Source of the DNA: Rhodospirillales bacterium
GTDB lineage: Bacteria; Pseudomonadota; Alphaproteobacteria; Rhodospirillales; UBA2165
DNA length: 64,000 nt
Assembly (NCBI GenBank): GCA_965221855.1
Contig: CBDCSV010000001.1
Span: 186,170 to 250,169 of the forward strand
Reading direction: 5' to 3'
Position numbers and translations under genes: made by a program. Under the pieces are notes generated by a model. That model was not told the DNA's origin. It did not search any database and saw nothing but the letters and a program-made list of their open reading frames with translations. Of this stretch, positions 9,925 to 20,365 are shown in pieces. Each line of letters starts with the position of its first letter. Position 1 is the first letter of the stretch.

Positions 9925-11139
9925 CAGGGCAATCGCATTAGCCTATTTCGGCGATGAGTTTTCGGAGGAAGTTGTCGCTCCACCCGGCGCGATTGAACTT
10001 GAGACGGTTTGATCCCTTGTCCTTGTTGCGTTTGATGACGTTGAGGGCGAGGCGTCTGAGGAGAGCGAGGTTTTCCGGGGCGTTGTCCTTGCGGGCTCGG
10101 GCCTGATCTTCGTCCATGACCACATCGAGCACCCAATGGAGTTGGTTCTCGATCCCCCAGTGTCCGCGGACGAGGCGGTTCAGTTCGTCGGCGGTGAGCG
10201 GCCAGGAGGCGATGAAGTAGCGCACCGCTGTCGTGGCCCGGCCGTCGGTCTCGCGGCTGGAGGTGACCTTGCCGACAGCGGCCAGGGCCGGCCACCGGTG
10301 GGCTTCGGCGAGCCAGTCCATATCGTGCAGCACCTCGGCGCGGCGGGTTTCGATGCGGCCGTGGCCGGCGTCCACCGTCTGGTCCACGCCGTCGGCGGGC
10401 GCCTGGGGATCGTCCAGCAGCAGTTTGACGTCGGCGAGAAGGTCGGGCTGGTTGGCCTTCAGCGCCATCAGGTAATCGGCGCCGGCCTCGTGGATGTCGC
10501 GGGCCGTGCCGCTCTGGCAGTGCATGGCGTCCATGGTCATCACCGCGCCTTCGAGGCTGAGCAGCTTGAGCAAGGCCGGCACGGCGGTGATCTCGTTGCT
10601 CGCGCCCACGTTCATCTGGCCTAGAACCAGCCGCTGATCGGCGGCCCAGGCGCTGACCAGGTGGAGCGGCGAGGTTCCGGAGGCCCGATCGAAGGAGCGC
10701 CTCAGGCTCTTGCCATCAATCGCAACAACCTCCGCCCGGGCGGTCGCGAAATCGGACATGAAGCGCTGGAAGGCGGCATGAAAGGCCCGCGGGTCCAACA
10801 ACCGGAACAGCCGCGAGAAGGTGTCGTGGCTGGGCGGGCCAGCGGGCAGGGTCAGGAACTCGCGCAGCACCTCTTCCTTGGCCTCGGCGAAGTCCGCCAT
10901 GTCAACGCACGACGTGCTTCCACACAGCGCCGCGCACAGCGCCATGAACAGCATCTCAAGAAGATCATGACGCAACGCGTTGCCCGTGCGCGGATCATCA
11001 AGACCCGAAAAACTCTCCCGAAATCTCTCCACCGAAACCTCCATCAAACGTCAAAGAAGCTCCAGCAGCAGCGATACTCATTTCCATTCCGTTTACGAAG
11101 CCATTCCGTTCACGAACCAAATCAAATGCGATTGCCCTG
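9925..11139 (-). mobile_element. ISAs1-family element
   Basis: Terminal inverted repeats CAGGGCAATCGCATT / AATGCGATTGCCCTG. Confidence 0.92.
9938..11047 (-). CDS. ISAs1-family transposase
   Basis: DDPR, PSHDTFSR, AIDGKSLR, SNEITAVP, DAMHCQ, HGRIETR, HWGIENQLHWVLDV. Confidence 0.95.
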   Translation of the reverse strand: MMEVSVERFRESFSGLDDPRTGNALRHDLLEMLFMALCAALCGSTSCVDMADFAEAKEEVLREFLTLPAGPPSHDTFSRLFRLLDPRAFHAAFQRFMSDFATARAEVVAIDGKSLRRSFDRASGTSPLHLVSAWAADQRLVLGQMNVGASNEITAVPALLKLLSLEGAVMTMDAMHCQSGTARDIHEAGADYLMALKANQPDLLADVKLLLDDPQAPADGVDQTVDAGHGRIETRRAEVLHDMDWLAEAHRWPALAAVGKVTSSRETDGRATTAVRYFIASWPLTADELNRLVRGHWGIENQLHWVLDVVMDEDQARARKDNAPENLALLRRLALNVIKRNKDKGSNRLKFNRAGWSDNFLRKLIAEIG

Positions 11140-11181
11140 GGGCCGGTTGTGCAATTCGCCGGGGACCGTTATAGACATGGG

Positions 11182-11511
11182 ATGCCGCGCTGTTTCAAAC
11201 CGGTTGCGTTGCTTCTGTTTCTCGTGGTTCTCGCCGCCTGCGACCGGGAGGCGTACATCTTCACCCCGAACGAATTCGACCGTTCACGCCCGGGGTTCGG
11301 GCGTGAATTGATGGATCGTTCGGAACTGCAGATTTGCTACAGCAGACAGATAACGACGCAGGAAGCTCTGCTCGACATGGCGGCCAAGGAATGCGGCCGG
11401 TTTGGAAAACAGGCCGTGTTCAGCCATCACGAATCCCTGGAGTGCCCGTTGGTGACGCCGACGCGGGCTCATTTCCGGTGCGTCGCCCCCTCGGCAAAGC
11501 CGTCGCGCTGA
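11182..11511 (+). CDS. Hypothetical Cys-rich lipoprotein
   Basis: Lipobox LAAC after a hydrophobic stretch; four further Cys. Confidence 0.65.
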   Translation: MPRCFKPVALLLFLVVLAACDREAYIFTPNEFDRSRPGFGRELMDRSELQICYSRQITTQEALLDMAAKECGRFGKQAVFSHHESLECPLVTPTRAHFRCVAPSAKPSR

Positions 11512-11573
11512 CCGATTTCCGATACCTATTGATATGATAGGGTTTTGAGGCTCGCGAGGTCTGGTGCGATAGG

Positions 11574-12428
11574 GTGCGGAGAGTGACGACAGTGATGCAA
11601 GTCCTTGCGGCGGCCATCGCGGTCTATGGCCTGCTGGTCGCGGCGCTTTATCTCGGCCAACGGAACCTGATCTATTTTCCGAGTTCGGGGCATCTCGATC
11701 CCGGGTCCTTCGGCGTTCCCGAATTCGAGGTCGTGCGCCTCGAAACCGGCGACGGGTTGCCCCTCGCCGCCTGGTGGCGCCCGCCGCGGGACGGCAACTG
11801 GACCCTAATTCTTTTCCACGGCAATGCCGGTCACATCGGCCATCGGGCAAACAAGGTCGCGCCGTTTCTGCGTGAGGGGAGGGGCGTCCTTCTGGTCGAA
11901 TATCGCGGATACGGGCCCAATCCGGGATATCCGACGGAGCAGGGGTTGTATGCCGACGCCGACGCCGCCATGTCATTCGTTTCGCGGCAGGGAATCGAAC
12001 CGCGGCGCATCGTCCTCTACGGCGAATCCCTGGGCACGGGTGTCGCCGTGGAGACCGCGGTTCGCCATCCGATCGGCGCCTTGGTCCTGGAGGCGCCCTT
12101 CACCTCCGTCCCGGATATGGCCCGGTACCGGCTGCCGTTCGTCCCGGTCCGGCGGCTGGTCAAGGACCGATTCGACTCGGCGTCGAAGATCGGCGAGCTG
12201 AGGGTCCCCGTCATGGTCATCCACGGCGGCCGCGACAGGACCATCCCGATCCGCTTCGGCCGGCGCTTGTTCGATCGGATCTCGGCCGAGAAGGAGTTCG
12301 TCCATTTGCCGGCGGCCGGTCACAACGATCTGTTCGATTTCGGCGCGCGGGAGCGCGCGGCCGATTTCGTCGACCGGATCATGGGCAGTGGCGGCGATAT
12401 GCCGGGCTCGCCGCCGGCGACGAACTGA
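11574..12428 (+). CDS. Membrane-anchored alpha/beta hydrolase
   Basis: FHGNAG, YRGYG, GESLG nucleophile, HGGRD, AGHND. Confidence 0.9.
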   Translation: MRRVTTVMQVLAAAIAVYGLLVAALYLGQRNLIYFPSSGHLDPGSFGVPEFEVVRLETGDGLPLAAWWRPPRDGNWTLILFHGNAGHIGHRANKVAPFLREGRGVLLVEYRGYGPNPGYPTEQGLYADADAAMSFVSRQGIEPRRIVLYGESLGTGVAVETAVRHPIGALVLEAPFTSVPDMARYRLPFVPVRRLVKDRFDSASKIGELRVPVMVIHGGRDRTIPIRFGRRLFDRISAEKEFVHLPAAGHNDLFDFGARERAADFVDRIMGSGGDMPGSPPATN

Positions 12429-12447
12429 TAACGGGCGTCGAGGGTGC

Positions 12448-12655
12448 GGGGCATCCAGAAAATAAGAATCTCACCACAGAGGCACAGAGGTCACTGAGGA
12501 GGAATGATTAACTCCTACTATCTCACTGCCTCACTGTCTCTGTGGTTCAATAATTGGAAACGTGGATACTCCGGACTTGCGCCGGGGTATGACGGATTAG
12601 GAGGGTTCCAACAATACACGTCATGCCATCTCCGTGCGGGGCATCCAGGATATTC
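12448..12655. repeat. Composite intergenic repeat (REP-like arms around an ACCACAGAG...CTCTGTGGT element)
   Basis: Inverted near-copy at 57123-57260. Confidence 0.85.
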
Positions 12656-12686
12656 CCCCTCACCCAGCGCCGTCCCTAGGTCGGAT

Positions 12687-14330
12687 TCAGGCCGCGGAGT
12701 CGCTCTTTTCGGCCAATGACGCCAGGCGTTCCGGGGTGTCCACATCGAACAACACGCCATCATCCTCGACGATCACCTCATGGACCTTGTCGGCGTGGTC
12801 TTCCAGCAGGTGGCGGGCGCCGACATCGCCGCTCAGATGCAGCATTTCGCCGAAAAACTGCGCGCCCCAGAGTACGGGGTTGCCGCGCTTCCGGCCGTGA
12901 ACCGGCACGCAAATGGCGCGGCCTTCCACGGGATCGAACGCCCGTATGAGGTCCCTGAGGTGCCCGGCGGTGACCATCGGCATGTCGCCAAGACAGACGA
13001 CCGCCGCCCCGATGCCGTCCGGCAGCGCCGAAAGTCCGCTCTTCAGCGAGGTGCTCATACCGCTCGCATGGTCCGGGTTATGCACCAGCGTCACCGGCAG
13101 GCCGGCCAGGGCCGCACCGACCTTCTCGGGTTCATGGCCTGTTACGACGATCACATCCTCGCCGACGGCGTCCAGGACCGTTTCCACGACCCGCCGGACC
13201 ATCGGCGCGCCGTCCACGTCGGCCAACAGCTTGTTGGCCGGACCCATGCGGCGGGATGCGCCCGCAGCGAGCACGATTGCCGCCGTCCGGGTCTCCGGCG
13301 ACGATGCCGCGGCGGCGGCCTCTGCGAGGTCGCGCTGCTGGCCGCGTTCGCTGATTTCCTTGAGCAGGCCGCCCGCCCCCATTCGCATGATGTCGGTGCC
13401 GGTTACCGGCAGGTCGGCGAGAGCGCGCCACAGCACCCAGTCGAACCCGTTCAGTTTGGGGGAACGCGCGCAGCCGGGCATTCCGATGACCGGCGCGTCC
13501 TCCCAATGACCGACAAACAATAAATTCCCCGGATCGACGGGCATGCCGAAATGTTCGATCGTGCCGCCGGCCTCGACGACGGCGCCCGGGGCCACGTCTT
13601 CCCTGTCGACGGTCGCCGAGGCCCCGAAGATCAGGAACAGATCGGCCCCGCCGCGTTTCAATTCGTAGAGTGATCTGGTTACCGCGCCGTGTTCGTGGCC
13701 GCACCTGATCTCACGGAAGATGTGACTGCCGAAATCGGCCACCCGGGCTTCTGTGATTTCCAGCGTCTTGTCGAGGACGCTTTCCTTCAGTCCCGGGAGC
13801 CGTGTCTGGATGAGGCCGATCTTCTTGTTGCCGAACGGGCTCACCCCGATCAGTTGATCGGCTTCGTTGGCGACGGCGAGGACCGTTTCCAGGACCGCTC
13901 GCCTGACGGCGAAGGGAATGATCTTGATGGTCGCGACCATCTGGCCGGGCGCAACAACGTCAAAGGGTTCGAGTGTCGCCACCGTGACCGCCTCGTCGAT
14001 CAGGTTCAGGCGGTCGAGCTTTTCCCGGTCCACGGCCAGCACGCCGTGTTCCTCGGCGATCAGGTTGCAGCGGCCGGTGAAGGCTTCGCCGGCCCGCAGG
14101 TTTCGTCCCGCCGCCAGCGCCCCGCAGACGGCTGCCGCCGCCTCATCCTCGGGAACGTCTTCGGCATCGAGCCTGGCGACGATGACCGTTTCAATTCCGG
14201 CCTCCTGCAGGAGCGCGATATCTTCCTCGCTCAGCAACTGGCCTTTCTTGAGCTTGCGCCCCGGAAGCTTTGCCGAATGAGCGAGGAAGGCGCCTGCCGC
14301 CTCGCCGACCGGGATGGGCCCGAATTTCAT
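12687..14330 (-). CDS. Molybdopterin-binding domain fused to MocA/MobA-like nucleotidyltransferase
   Basis: GMPVDPGNLL, PGCARSPKLNGFDWVL; C-terminal LAAGASRRMG.NKLL, LGDMP, GNPVLW, DVDTP. Confidence 0.88.
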   Translation of the reverse strand: MKFGPIPVGEAAGAFLAHSAKLPGRKLKKGQLLSEEDIALLQEAGIETVIVARLDAEDVPEDEAAAAVCGALAAGRNLRAGEAFTGRCNLIAEEHGVLAVDREKLDRLNLIDEAVTVATLEPFDVVAPGQMVATIKIIPFAVRRAVLETVLAVANEADQLIGVSPFGNKKIGLIQTRLPGLKESVLDKTLEITEARVADFGSHIFREIRCGHEHGAVTRSLYELKRGGADLFLIFGASATVDREDVAPGAVVEAGGTIEHFGMPVDPGNLLFVGHWEDAPVIGMPGCARSPKLNGFDWVLWRALADLPVTGTDIMRMGAGGLLKEISERGQQRDLAEAAAAASSPETRTAAIVLAAGASRRMGPANKLLADVDGAPMVRRVVETVLDAVGEDVIVVTGHEPEKVGAALAGLPVTLVHNPDHASGMSTSLKSGLSALPDGIGAAVVCLGDMPMVTAGHLRDLIRAFDPVEGRAICVPVHGRKRGNPVLWGAQFFGEMLHLSGDVGARHLLEDHADKVHEVIVEDDGVLFDVDTPERLASLAEKSDSAA

Positions 14331-15334
14331 CAGACGCCGGTCTTGCCGTGTTTGGCGGCGACGATCTCGGAGAGGATCGAAACGGCAATCTCCGAGGGTG
14401 ATTTGGATCCGATATCCAGCCCGATGGGGGCGTGGATGCGGTCGATGTCCCCGTCGGTGAACCCGGCTTCCTTGAGCCGCTCTACGCGGGAGGCGTGGGT
14501 GCGTTTGCTGCCCAGCGCGCCGATGTAGAAGGCATCCGACTTCAGCGCCCGGTCGAGGGCGGGATCATCCAGCTTCGGATCGTGGGTCAGGGTAACGATC
14601 GCGGTCCGGCCGTCCGGCTTGATTTCATCCATCGCGTCGTCGGGCCATTCGTCGTTCAGGCTAACCTCCGGGAACCGGTCCGCGGTGGCGAACGATCCGC
14701 GGGGGTCGACCACCGTTACGTCAAATCCGGCCAGGGCGGCCATGGGCACGAGTGACTGGGCGATATGGACCGCGCCCACGCACACCATCCTGAGCGGCGT
14801 GTTGAACACCCGGACGAACAGGTTTCGGCCGCCGTCTTCGATGACCCGGCTGACGTCCGAGCGCAGCGCCTGACGCACCTCGGAGACCACGCCGTCGGGC
14901 AATGCCAGGCCGCCGTCGACGCCGTCGGGGCGGACCAGGCAGCGTTCGCCGGTTTCGATATCGGTGACCGTGGCCACGGGGCGCTCGGAAATCAGCCGCT
15001 CCAGCATCTCCCGGTCGGCTTCCTTCTCCACCAATACCTTGATGTCGCCGCCGCAGGCGAGGCCGACTTCCCACGCCTGTTCGTTGGTGACCCCGAATTC
15101 CAGGGTGCGCGGCTTCCCGTCCTCGATGGACTGCAGGGCCTCTCCGACCACCGCGCCCTCGATGCAGCCGCCCGACACGGAGCCCACGAAGGCGCCGTCG
15201 CCGTCGACCGCCAACTGGCTGCCGACCGGACGCGGCGACGAGCCCCAGGTCCCGATGACCGTCGCCAAGGCGACGTTCTTGCCGGACCCGAGCCAGTCGG
15301 TTGCCTGTTCCAGTACTTCGTCGGCTTCGCCCAT
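14330..15334 (-). CDS. xdhC: XdhC/CoxI-family Mo-cofactor insertion chaperone
   Basis: TWGSSPRPVGS, GSVSGGCIE, GLACGG, THDPKLDD, YIGALGS, EIAVSI. Confidence 0.9.
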   Translation of the reverse strand: MGEADEVLEQATDWLGSGKNVALATVIGTWGSSPRPVGSQLAVDGDGAFVGSVSGGCIEGAVVGEALQSIEDGKPRTLEFGVTNEQAWEVGLACGGDIKVLVEKEADREMLERLISERPVATVTDIETGERCLVRPDGVDGGLALPDGVVSEVRQALRSDVSRVIEDGGRNLFVRVFNTPLRMVCVGAVHIAQSLVPMAALAGFDVTVVDPRGSFATADRFPEVSLNDEWPDDAMDEIKPDGRTAIVTLTHDPKLDDPALDRALKSDAFYIGALGSKRTHASRVERLKEAGFTDGDIDRIHAPIGLDIGSKSPSEIAVSILSEIVAAKHGKTGV

Positions 15335-15366
15335 CGCTTCCCCGCGATTATGACATCCGACCTAAT

Positions 15367-16155
15367 TTAGGCAGCCAATGCCCGTTTCGCCATAACCGTT
15401 ACCAGGTGCGCGCGGTATTCGGCGCTGGCGTGGATGTCCTCGTTGAGGCCGTCGGCCGATACCTTGATGCCGGCGACCGCGTCCGGGGACCAGTCGGCGT
15501 TAAGCGCCTCTTCCATTTCCGGCACCCGGTAGACGCAGGCGCCGGCGCCGGTCACCGCCACCCGGGCGCCGTCCGGGGTCTTGGCGACGAACACCCCGAC
15601 GATCGGATAACGGGAGGCCGGGTTCGGGAAATGCATATAGCCGGCGGCCTCGGGAACCGGGAACGAAACTTGGGTGATCAGCTCGCCCTCGTCGAGCGCG
15701 GTGGTGAACATGCCCTCGAAGAAGTCATCCGCGGCGATGGTCCGCCGGTCCGTGTGTATGGTGGCGTTGAGCGCCAGCACGGCGGACGGATAGCTGGCCG
15801 CCGGGTCGTTGTTGGCCAGTGAGCCGCCGATGGTGCCGCGATTCCGCACCATGGGATCGCCGATGGTGCCCGCAAGATGGGCGAGGGCGGGAATCTTCGA
15901 TTGCACCAGATCGGACGTGTTGACGTCGTGATGAACGGTCATGGCTTTGATGACAATGTTGCCGCCGTCCTCGGAGATGCCGCGAAGATCGTCCAGGTCG
16001 CCGAGGTCGACCAGATCGGACGGCTGGTCGAGGCGCTGCTTGAGCACCGGCAGCAGGGTCATGCCGCCGGCCAAATAGCGCGCATCATCGGCGCCGCCGA
16101 ACTTGGATTTGGCGTCGTCGGCCGACGACGCTCTGTGATACTCGAAATCGTACAT
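15367..16155 (-). CDS. coxM: Xanthine/CO dehydrogenase family FAD-binding medium subunit
   Basis: LAGGMTL, IGDPMVRNRGTIGGSLANNDPAA, DIHASAEYRAHL. Confidence 0.88.
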   Translation of the reverse strand: MYDFEYHRASSADDAKSKFGGADDARYLAGGMTLLPVLKQRLDQPSDLVDLGDLDDLRGISEDGGNIVIKAMTVHHDVNTSDLVQSKIPALAHLAGTIGDPMVRNRGTIGGSLANNDPAASYPSAVLALNATIHTDRRTIAADDFFEGMFTTALDEGELITQVSFPVPEAAGYMHFPNPASRYPIVGVFVAKTPDGARVAVTGAGACVYRVPEMEEALNADWSPDAVAGIKVSADGLNEDIHASAEYRAHLVTVMAKRALAA

Positions 16156-16165
16156 GGTGGTTCCC

Positions 16166-16639
16166 CTAGCCCCGCATCGTCTCTTGTGCGGCCAGAATGG
16201 CTTCGACGATGTTGTGGTAGCCCGTGCACCGGCAGAAATTACCCTCGAGGCCGTGCCGGACTTCCTTTTCGCTCATGTTCGGATTGTCGTTCACCAGGCC
16301 GATGGCGCTCATCACCATGCCCGGCGTGCAGAACCCGCATTGCAGGGCGTGATGTTCGCGGAAGGCCTCCTGCATGGGATGCAGCTTGTCGCCGTCGGCG
16401 AGGCCCTCGATGGTGAGGACATCGGAGCCGTCCACATGCGCCGCGAGCAGCGTGCAGGATTTCATGGCGCGGCCGTCCACGTGCACCGCGCAGGCGCCGC
16501 ATTGGGTGGTGTCACAGCCGACATGCGTCCCGGTCAGGCCGAGATGCTCCCGCAGGAACTGAACGAGGAGCGTCCGGCCCTCGACTTCCCCCGTGACCTC
16601 CTTGCCGTTGACGGTCATCTTTATGTTGTACGAAGACAT
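16166..16639 (-). CDS. coxS: Xanthine/CO dehydrogenase family 2x[2Fe-2S] small subunit
   Basis: [27 protein letters not shown]; true start MSSYNIK inside a longer track ORF. Confidence 0.9.
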   Translation of the reverse strand: MSSYNIKMTVNGKEVTGEVEGRTLLVQFLREHLGLTGTHVGCDTTQCGACAVHVDGRAMKSCTLLAAHVDGSDVLTIEGLADGDKLHPMQEAFREHHALQCGFCTPGMVMSAIGLVNDNPNMSEKEVRHGLEGNFCRCTGYHNIVEAILAAQETMRG

Positions 16640-16884
16640 CGGAGTCTCATCTCCCTTGGTTTGGCGCCGAGACGGCGCAACGCCCCGGTATGCTTGGCGC
16701 GTATATTTGCAGAACGCCCGGGGCCGGGCAAATTTTTTTAGGTCCCCGTCCGCAACGCGGATTTGGGGCATCGGGTGGGTCGCCGGGGCTCTCGTCGAGG
16801 GTTTCTCGCCCGTTCCGGCATTCGGTTTTGTTCCGGCGATGCATGTGGGATGGGCATCGGCGTCCAGCCGGTGCCGGCGCGCCT

Positions 16885-18576
16885 CTACAGGTAAAAGGCG
16901 GTCAGGAAGATCGCCAAGACCACGGTAATCACCAGCGTCGCCTGGCCGATTTCCTGGGTTCGGGCCAGCAGCCCCTTCGGTCCGTGATAGTGGAAGACGG
17001 CATCGATCACCCGGTTCAGCATGCCGCCGAAATCCGCATAGATGGTCTTGAGCGCGTTGCTGGTCCGCTCGGCGAGGAAAATCGTCCAATCGCGCCCCAG
17101 CCGCCGGTAGACCCAGTCGAAATCCAAAACGGTCGAGCGCAGCTCCTTCGGATAAAGGCCGGTGCGCTGAAGGACGGCGAAGGCCAGCGCCGAGAACATC
17201 AGCAGCTGCAAATCGCTGACGACGTGGTCGGTGGTGTACGGCACATAGGTGACCGGGAACGGCAGCATGGCGTAGAGGGGATCGGGATAGACGCCGATGC
17301 CGACGCAGAGCGCGGCGGCAAGTCCCATGGCGACCAGCATGTTGGGCGGCGCTTCCCCGGGCCGCTTGCCGGAATCGTGGGCGAAGAAGGCGAAGTACGG
17401 AATCTTGATGCCCGAATGGTAGAACACGGCGGCGGAGGAGAACAGGAGGACGAGGTAGGGAACGAGATGCCCCTCGGCGGCGGCCGCGGTCAGGATCATG
17501 GTCTTGGTGACGAATCCCGAGAACAGCGGAAAGGCCGAGGCCGCAGCCGCGCCGACGACGCAGAACCCGGTCGTCCACGGCATGGTCCGGTAGAGCCCGC
17601 CGAGCTCCGATCCCTTGGCGGTCCCCGTCCGATGCAGCACCGCCCCCATGCTCATGAGCAGCAAAGCCTTGTAGAGAATGTGGGCGAAGGCGTGGCTCGC
17701 GGCGCCGTTGATGGCGAGTTCGGTGCCGATGCCGACGCCGGCAACCATGAAGCCCAGCTGGTTGTTGAGGCTGTAGGCCAGCACCCGGCGGAGGTCGTTC
17801 TCGATAATCGCGTAGAAGATCGGCCACGCGGACATGAAGATGCCGATCCAGATCAGCAAATCGGTGCCGGGGTAACCCCGCGCCAACGCATAGACGGCGA
17901 GTTTGGTGGTGAACGCGGAAAGAAATACCGTGCCGGTGGGCGAGGCCTCGGGATAGGAGTCCTGAACCCAGTTGTGCAGCAGCGGGAAGGCGCACTTGAT
18001 GCCGAAGGCCGCCAGGATCAGCCAGCCGCCCAGGCTCTCGATCCCGATGAAGTCGAAGGCGAATGAGCCGGTTTCCCTGGCGAGCACCACCGCGCCGGCG
18101 GCCAGCAGCACGCCCGAAAGCACCTGGATGATCAGGTAGCGCATGCCGGCCTGGTAGGAGCGTTCCGTTTTTCCGGCCCAAACGACGAACACCGACGTGA
18201 CCGCCGTCAGCTCCCAGTAGACGAACAGCGTGATCAGGTCGCCGGCGAAGGTGGCGCCGATGGCCGAGCCCATGTAGGCGAGGGCGGCGGTCTGTTCCGT
18301 CCGGTCGTCGTTGTGGAGGGCATAGATGATGCCGAGGATCGCCGCGATGTAGAAGATGGCGCCGAAAATGATGCTCAGCTTATCGATCCGGACATGGACG
18401 AGGTCGAAGCCGAACAGGCTCATTTGGCCGTAGCTGCCGGGGTCCAGGGAGAACAGCTGCCATATCCCGATCAGCGGCAGCGCCAGCATGTAGGCCCCGC
18501 GCACCCGCGAGGGCAGGAATGGCACCAGGACGGCGCCGGCGATCATGATCAGTCCGGGCGGGATGCTAGCGATCAT
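16885..18576 (-). CDS. mrpD: Mrp-type Na+/H+ antiporter MrpD/MrpA-like subunit
   Basis: [42 protein letters not shown]. Confidence 0.85.
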   Translation of the reverse strand: MIASIPPGLIMIAGAVLVPFLPSRVRGAYMLALPLIGIWQLFSLDPGSYGQMSLFGFDLVHVRIDKLSIIFGAIFYIAAILGIIYALHNDDRTEQTAALAYMGSAIGATFAGDLITLFVYWELTAVTSVFVVWAGKTERSYQAGMRYLIIQVLSGVLLAAGAVVLARETGSFAFDFIGIESLGGWLILAAFGIKCAFPLLHNWVQDSYPEASPTGTVFLSAFTTKLAVYALARGYPGTDLLIWIGIFMSAWPIFYAIIENDLRRVLAYSLNNQLGFMVAGVGIGTELAINGAASHAFAHILYKALLLMSMGAVLHRTGTAKGSELGGLYRTMPWTTGFCVVGAAAASAFPLFSGFVTKTMILTAAAAEGHLVPYLVLLFSSAAVFYHSGIKIPYFAFFAHDSGKRPGEAPPNMLVAMGLAAALCVGIGVYPDPLYAMLPFPVTYVPYTTDHVVSDLQLLMFSALAFAVLQRTGLYPKELRSTVLDFDWVYRRLGRDWTIFLAERTSNALKTIYADFGGMLNRVIDAVFHYHGPKGLLARTQEIGQATLVITVVLAIFLTAFYL

Positions 18577-18850
18577 AGTAATCCTCGTCCCGCATCACGA
18601 TCTTGCGCAATTGCTTGGCTGCCAGCACCAGCAGGAACGGCAACACGAAACCGTAGAAGGCGAAAAATCCGAACAGGCTTTCGAAGCCGAATTTGTCATG
18701 CTTGTGGAGAAACAGGTCGACCGACAGCAAGGCGGCGCAGACCGCCGCCAGCGCCCAGAAAATCCTGCGCACGTTCCCGGGGTGGTCGATCCAGTTGGGC
18801 TTCTCGCCCTCGGCCTTGCGGTCCGGATGATGGAACATTTGGTCGTCCAT
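18566..18850 (-). CDS. Small two-TM protein of the Mrp operon
   Basis: Two hydrophobic helices, C-terminal MRDEDYYD; translationally coupled to the next gene. Confidence 0.75.
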   Translation of the reverse strand: MDDQMFHHPDRKAEGEKPNWIDHPGNVRRIFWALAAVCAALLSVDLFLHKHDKFGFESLFGFFAFYGFVLPFLLVLAAKQLRKIVMRDEDYYDR

Positions 18851-18865
18851 GCCGTTGCCGCTCCG

Positions 18866-20347
18866 TCAGTTGGCCGTGATGGGTTCGAGAAGCCGGGCGA
18901 TGTCGCCGGCGTAGAAGAACAGCGCGAAGGCGCCTGCCGCGGTTGCGCAAATGGCGATAAGACAGGGCAGGGGCGCCTCCCGGATACCGCCCTCCGCCGT
19001 TGCCGCGGCGCCCGCCGACCTGGCGTCGGGGGGCCGCAGGAATGCCCGGGTGACGACCGGTATCAGGTAGGCGGCGCTCAACAGCGAAGAAAGCATGAAG
19101 ACGGCCACGTATATGATCTGGTCCGCCTCGGCCGCCCCCATCATCAGGTGGAACTTGCTCCACGTGCCGCCGAGGGGCGGAATGCCGATGATGCTGAGGG
19201 ACGCCACGGCAAACGCGCCTATGGTGATCGGCATGGTCCGTCCGATCCCGTTGAGCTGGCTGATTTCGGTCTTGTGCGCGGCGGTGTAGATGGCGCCGGC
19301 GCAGAAGAAGAGGGTGATCTTGCCCATGGCGTGCATGGCGAGGTGCATGCCGCCGCCGATGATGCCGGCGGCCGTCGCCAGGGCGGCGCCGAGAACGATA
19401 TAGGACAACTGGCTCACGGTCGAATAGGCGAGCCGGGCCTTCAGGTTGTCCTTGCGCATGGCGACGATCGACGAAAAGAGAAGCGTGCCGGCCGCCGCGA
19501 TCATCAGCCAGTCGGACGCGCTGGTCTCGGCGAGGAATTCGTAGCCGAAGATGTAGACCACGACCTTGAGCACGGTGAAGACGCCGGCCTTGACCACGGC
19601 CACCGCATGGAGCAGCGCGCTCACCGGGGTCGGCGCGACCATCGCCGCCGGCAGCCAGCGGTGGACCGGCATCAGGGCCGCTTTGCCGATGCCGAACATG
19701 TAGAGCGCCAGCAGGACGGCTACCATGACGCCTTCGACCCTGCCCTCCAGGATGCCGCCCTGTTTGAAATCCAGGGTTCCGGTGAGTTGCCAGGTCCAGA
19801 TCATGCCGAACAGCAGCAAGCCGATGGACGTCGACAGCAGAATGCCCACGTAGGTCCGCGCCGACCGCATGGTCGCCGGGTCGCCATGGTGGGCGACCAG
19901 CGGATAGGTCGACAGGGTCAGGACCTCGTAGAAGATGAACAGGGTCAGCATGTTGCCGGAGAAGGCCACGCCGGCGGCGCTCGCCAGCGCGATGGCGAAA
20001 AAGAAATAGAAACGGGTTTGGTGCGCTTCCCGGTTTCCCCGCATGTAGCCGATGGAGTAGACCGAATTGACGATCCACAGGCCGGAGGAGACCAGCCCGA
20101 ACAGCATTCCCAACGGTTCGATGGTCAGCCGGATGGCGAGGCCGGGAATGATTTCCCACAGCACCGCGTCGGGCCGCGCCCCGGCCAGGACGGAGGGCGT
20201 AATGGAGGCGACGGTTATGAACATGATCGCCGCGGTCGTCAGCGTGACCGCCTCGCGCAGATTCGGCCACTTGCCGGCGAGCAGGATGAACACCGAGCCG
20301 ATCAGCGGCACGGCGATGGCTAGTTGGGCGAGGGTCTCGGGCGTCAC
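18866..20347 (-). CDS. mrpD: Mrp antiporter subunit D family
   Basis: FYEVLTLSTYPL, KAALMPVHRWLPAAMVAPTPVSALLHAVAVVKAG. Confidence 0.88.
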   Translation of the reverse strand: MTPETLAQLAIAVPLIGSVFILLAGKWPNLREAVTLTTAAIMFITVASITPSVLAGARPDAVLWEIIPGLAIRLTIEPLGMLFGLVSSGLWIVNSVYSIGYMRGNREAHQTRFYFFFAIALASAAGVAFSGNMLTLFIFYEVLTLSTYPLVAHHGDPATMRSARTYVGILLSTSIGLLLFGMIWTWQLTGTLDFKQGGILEGRVEGVMVAVLLALYMFGIGKAALMPVHRWLPAAMVAPTPVSALLHAVAVVKAGVFTVLKVVVYIFGYEFLAETSASDWLMIAAAGTLLFSSIVAMRKDNLKARLAYSTVSQLSYIVLGAALATAAGIIGGGMHLAMHAMGKITLFFCAGAIYTAAHKTEISQLNGIGRTMPITIGAFAVASLSIIGIPPLGGTWSKFHLMMGAAEADQIIYVAVFMLSSLLSAAYLIPVVTRAFLRPPDARSAGAAATAEGGIREAPLPCLIAICATAAGAFALFFYAGDIARLLEPITAN

Positions 20348-20365
20348 GCGGCTTCTCCGGCCAAC

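Noticed and set aside
12504-12719. 71-aa ORF starting in the repeat element
   Set aside because: The frame closes after about 17 codons in the second copy; only the SD-ATG core is conserved
16166-18181. Apparent 671-aa extended CoxS
   Set aside because: N-terminal part is an alternative frame of mrpD; real start at 16639 after a GGAGA RBS
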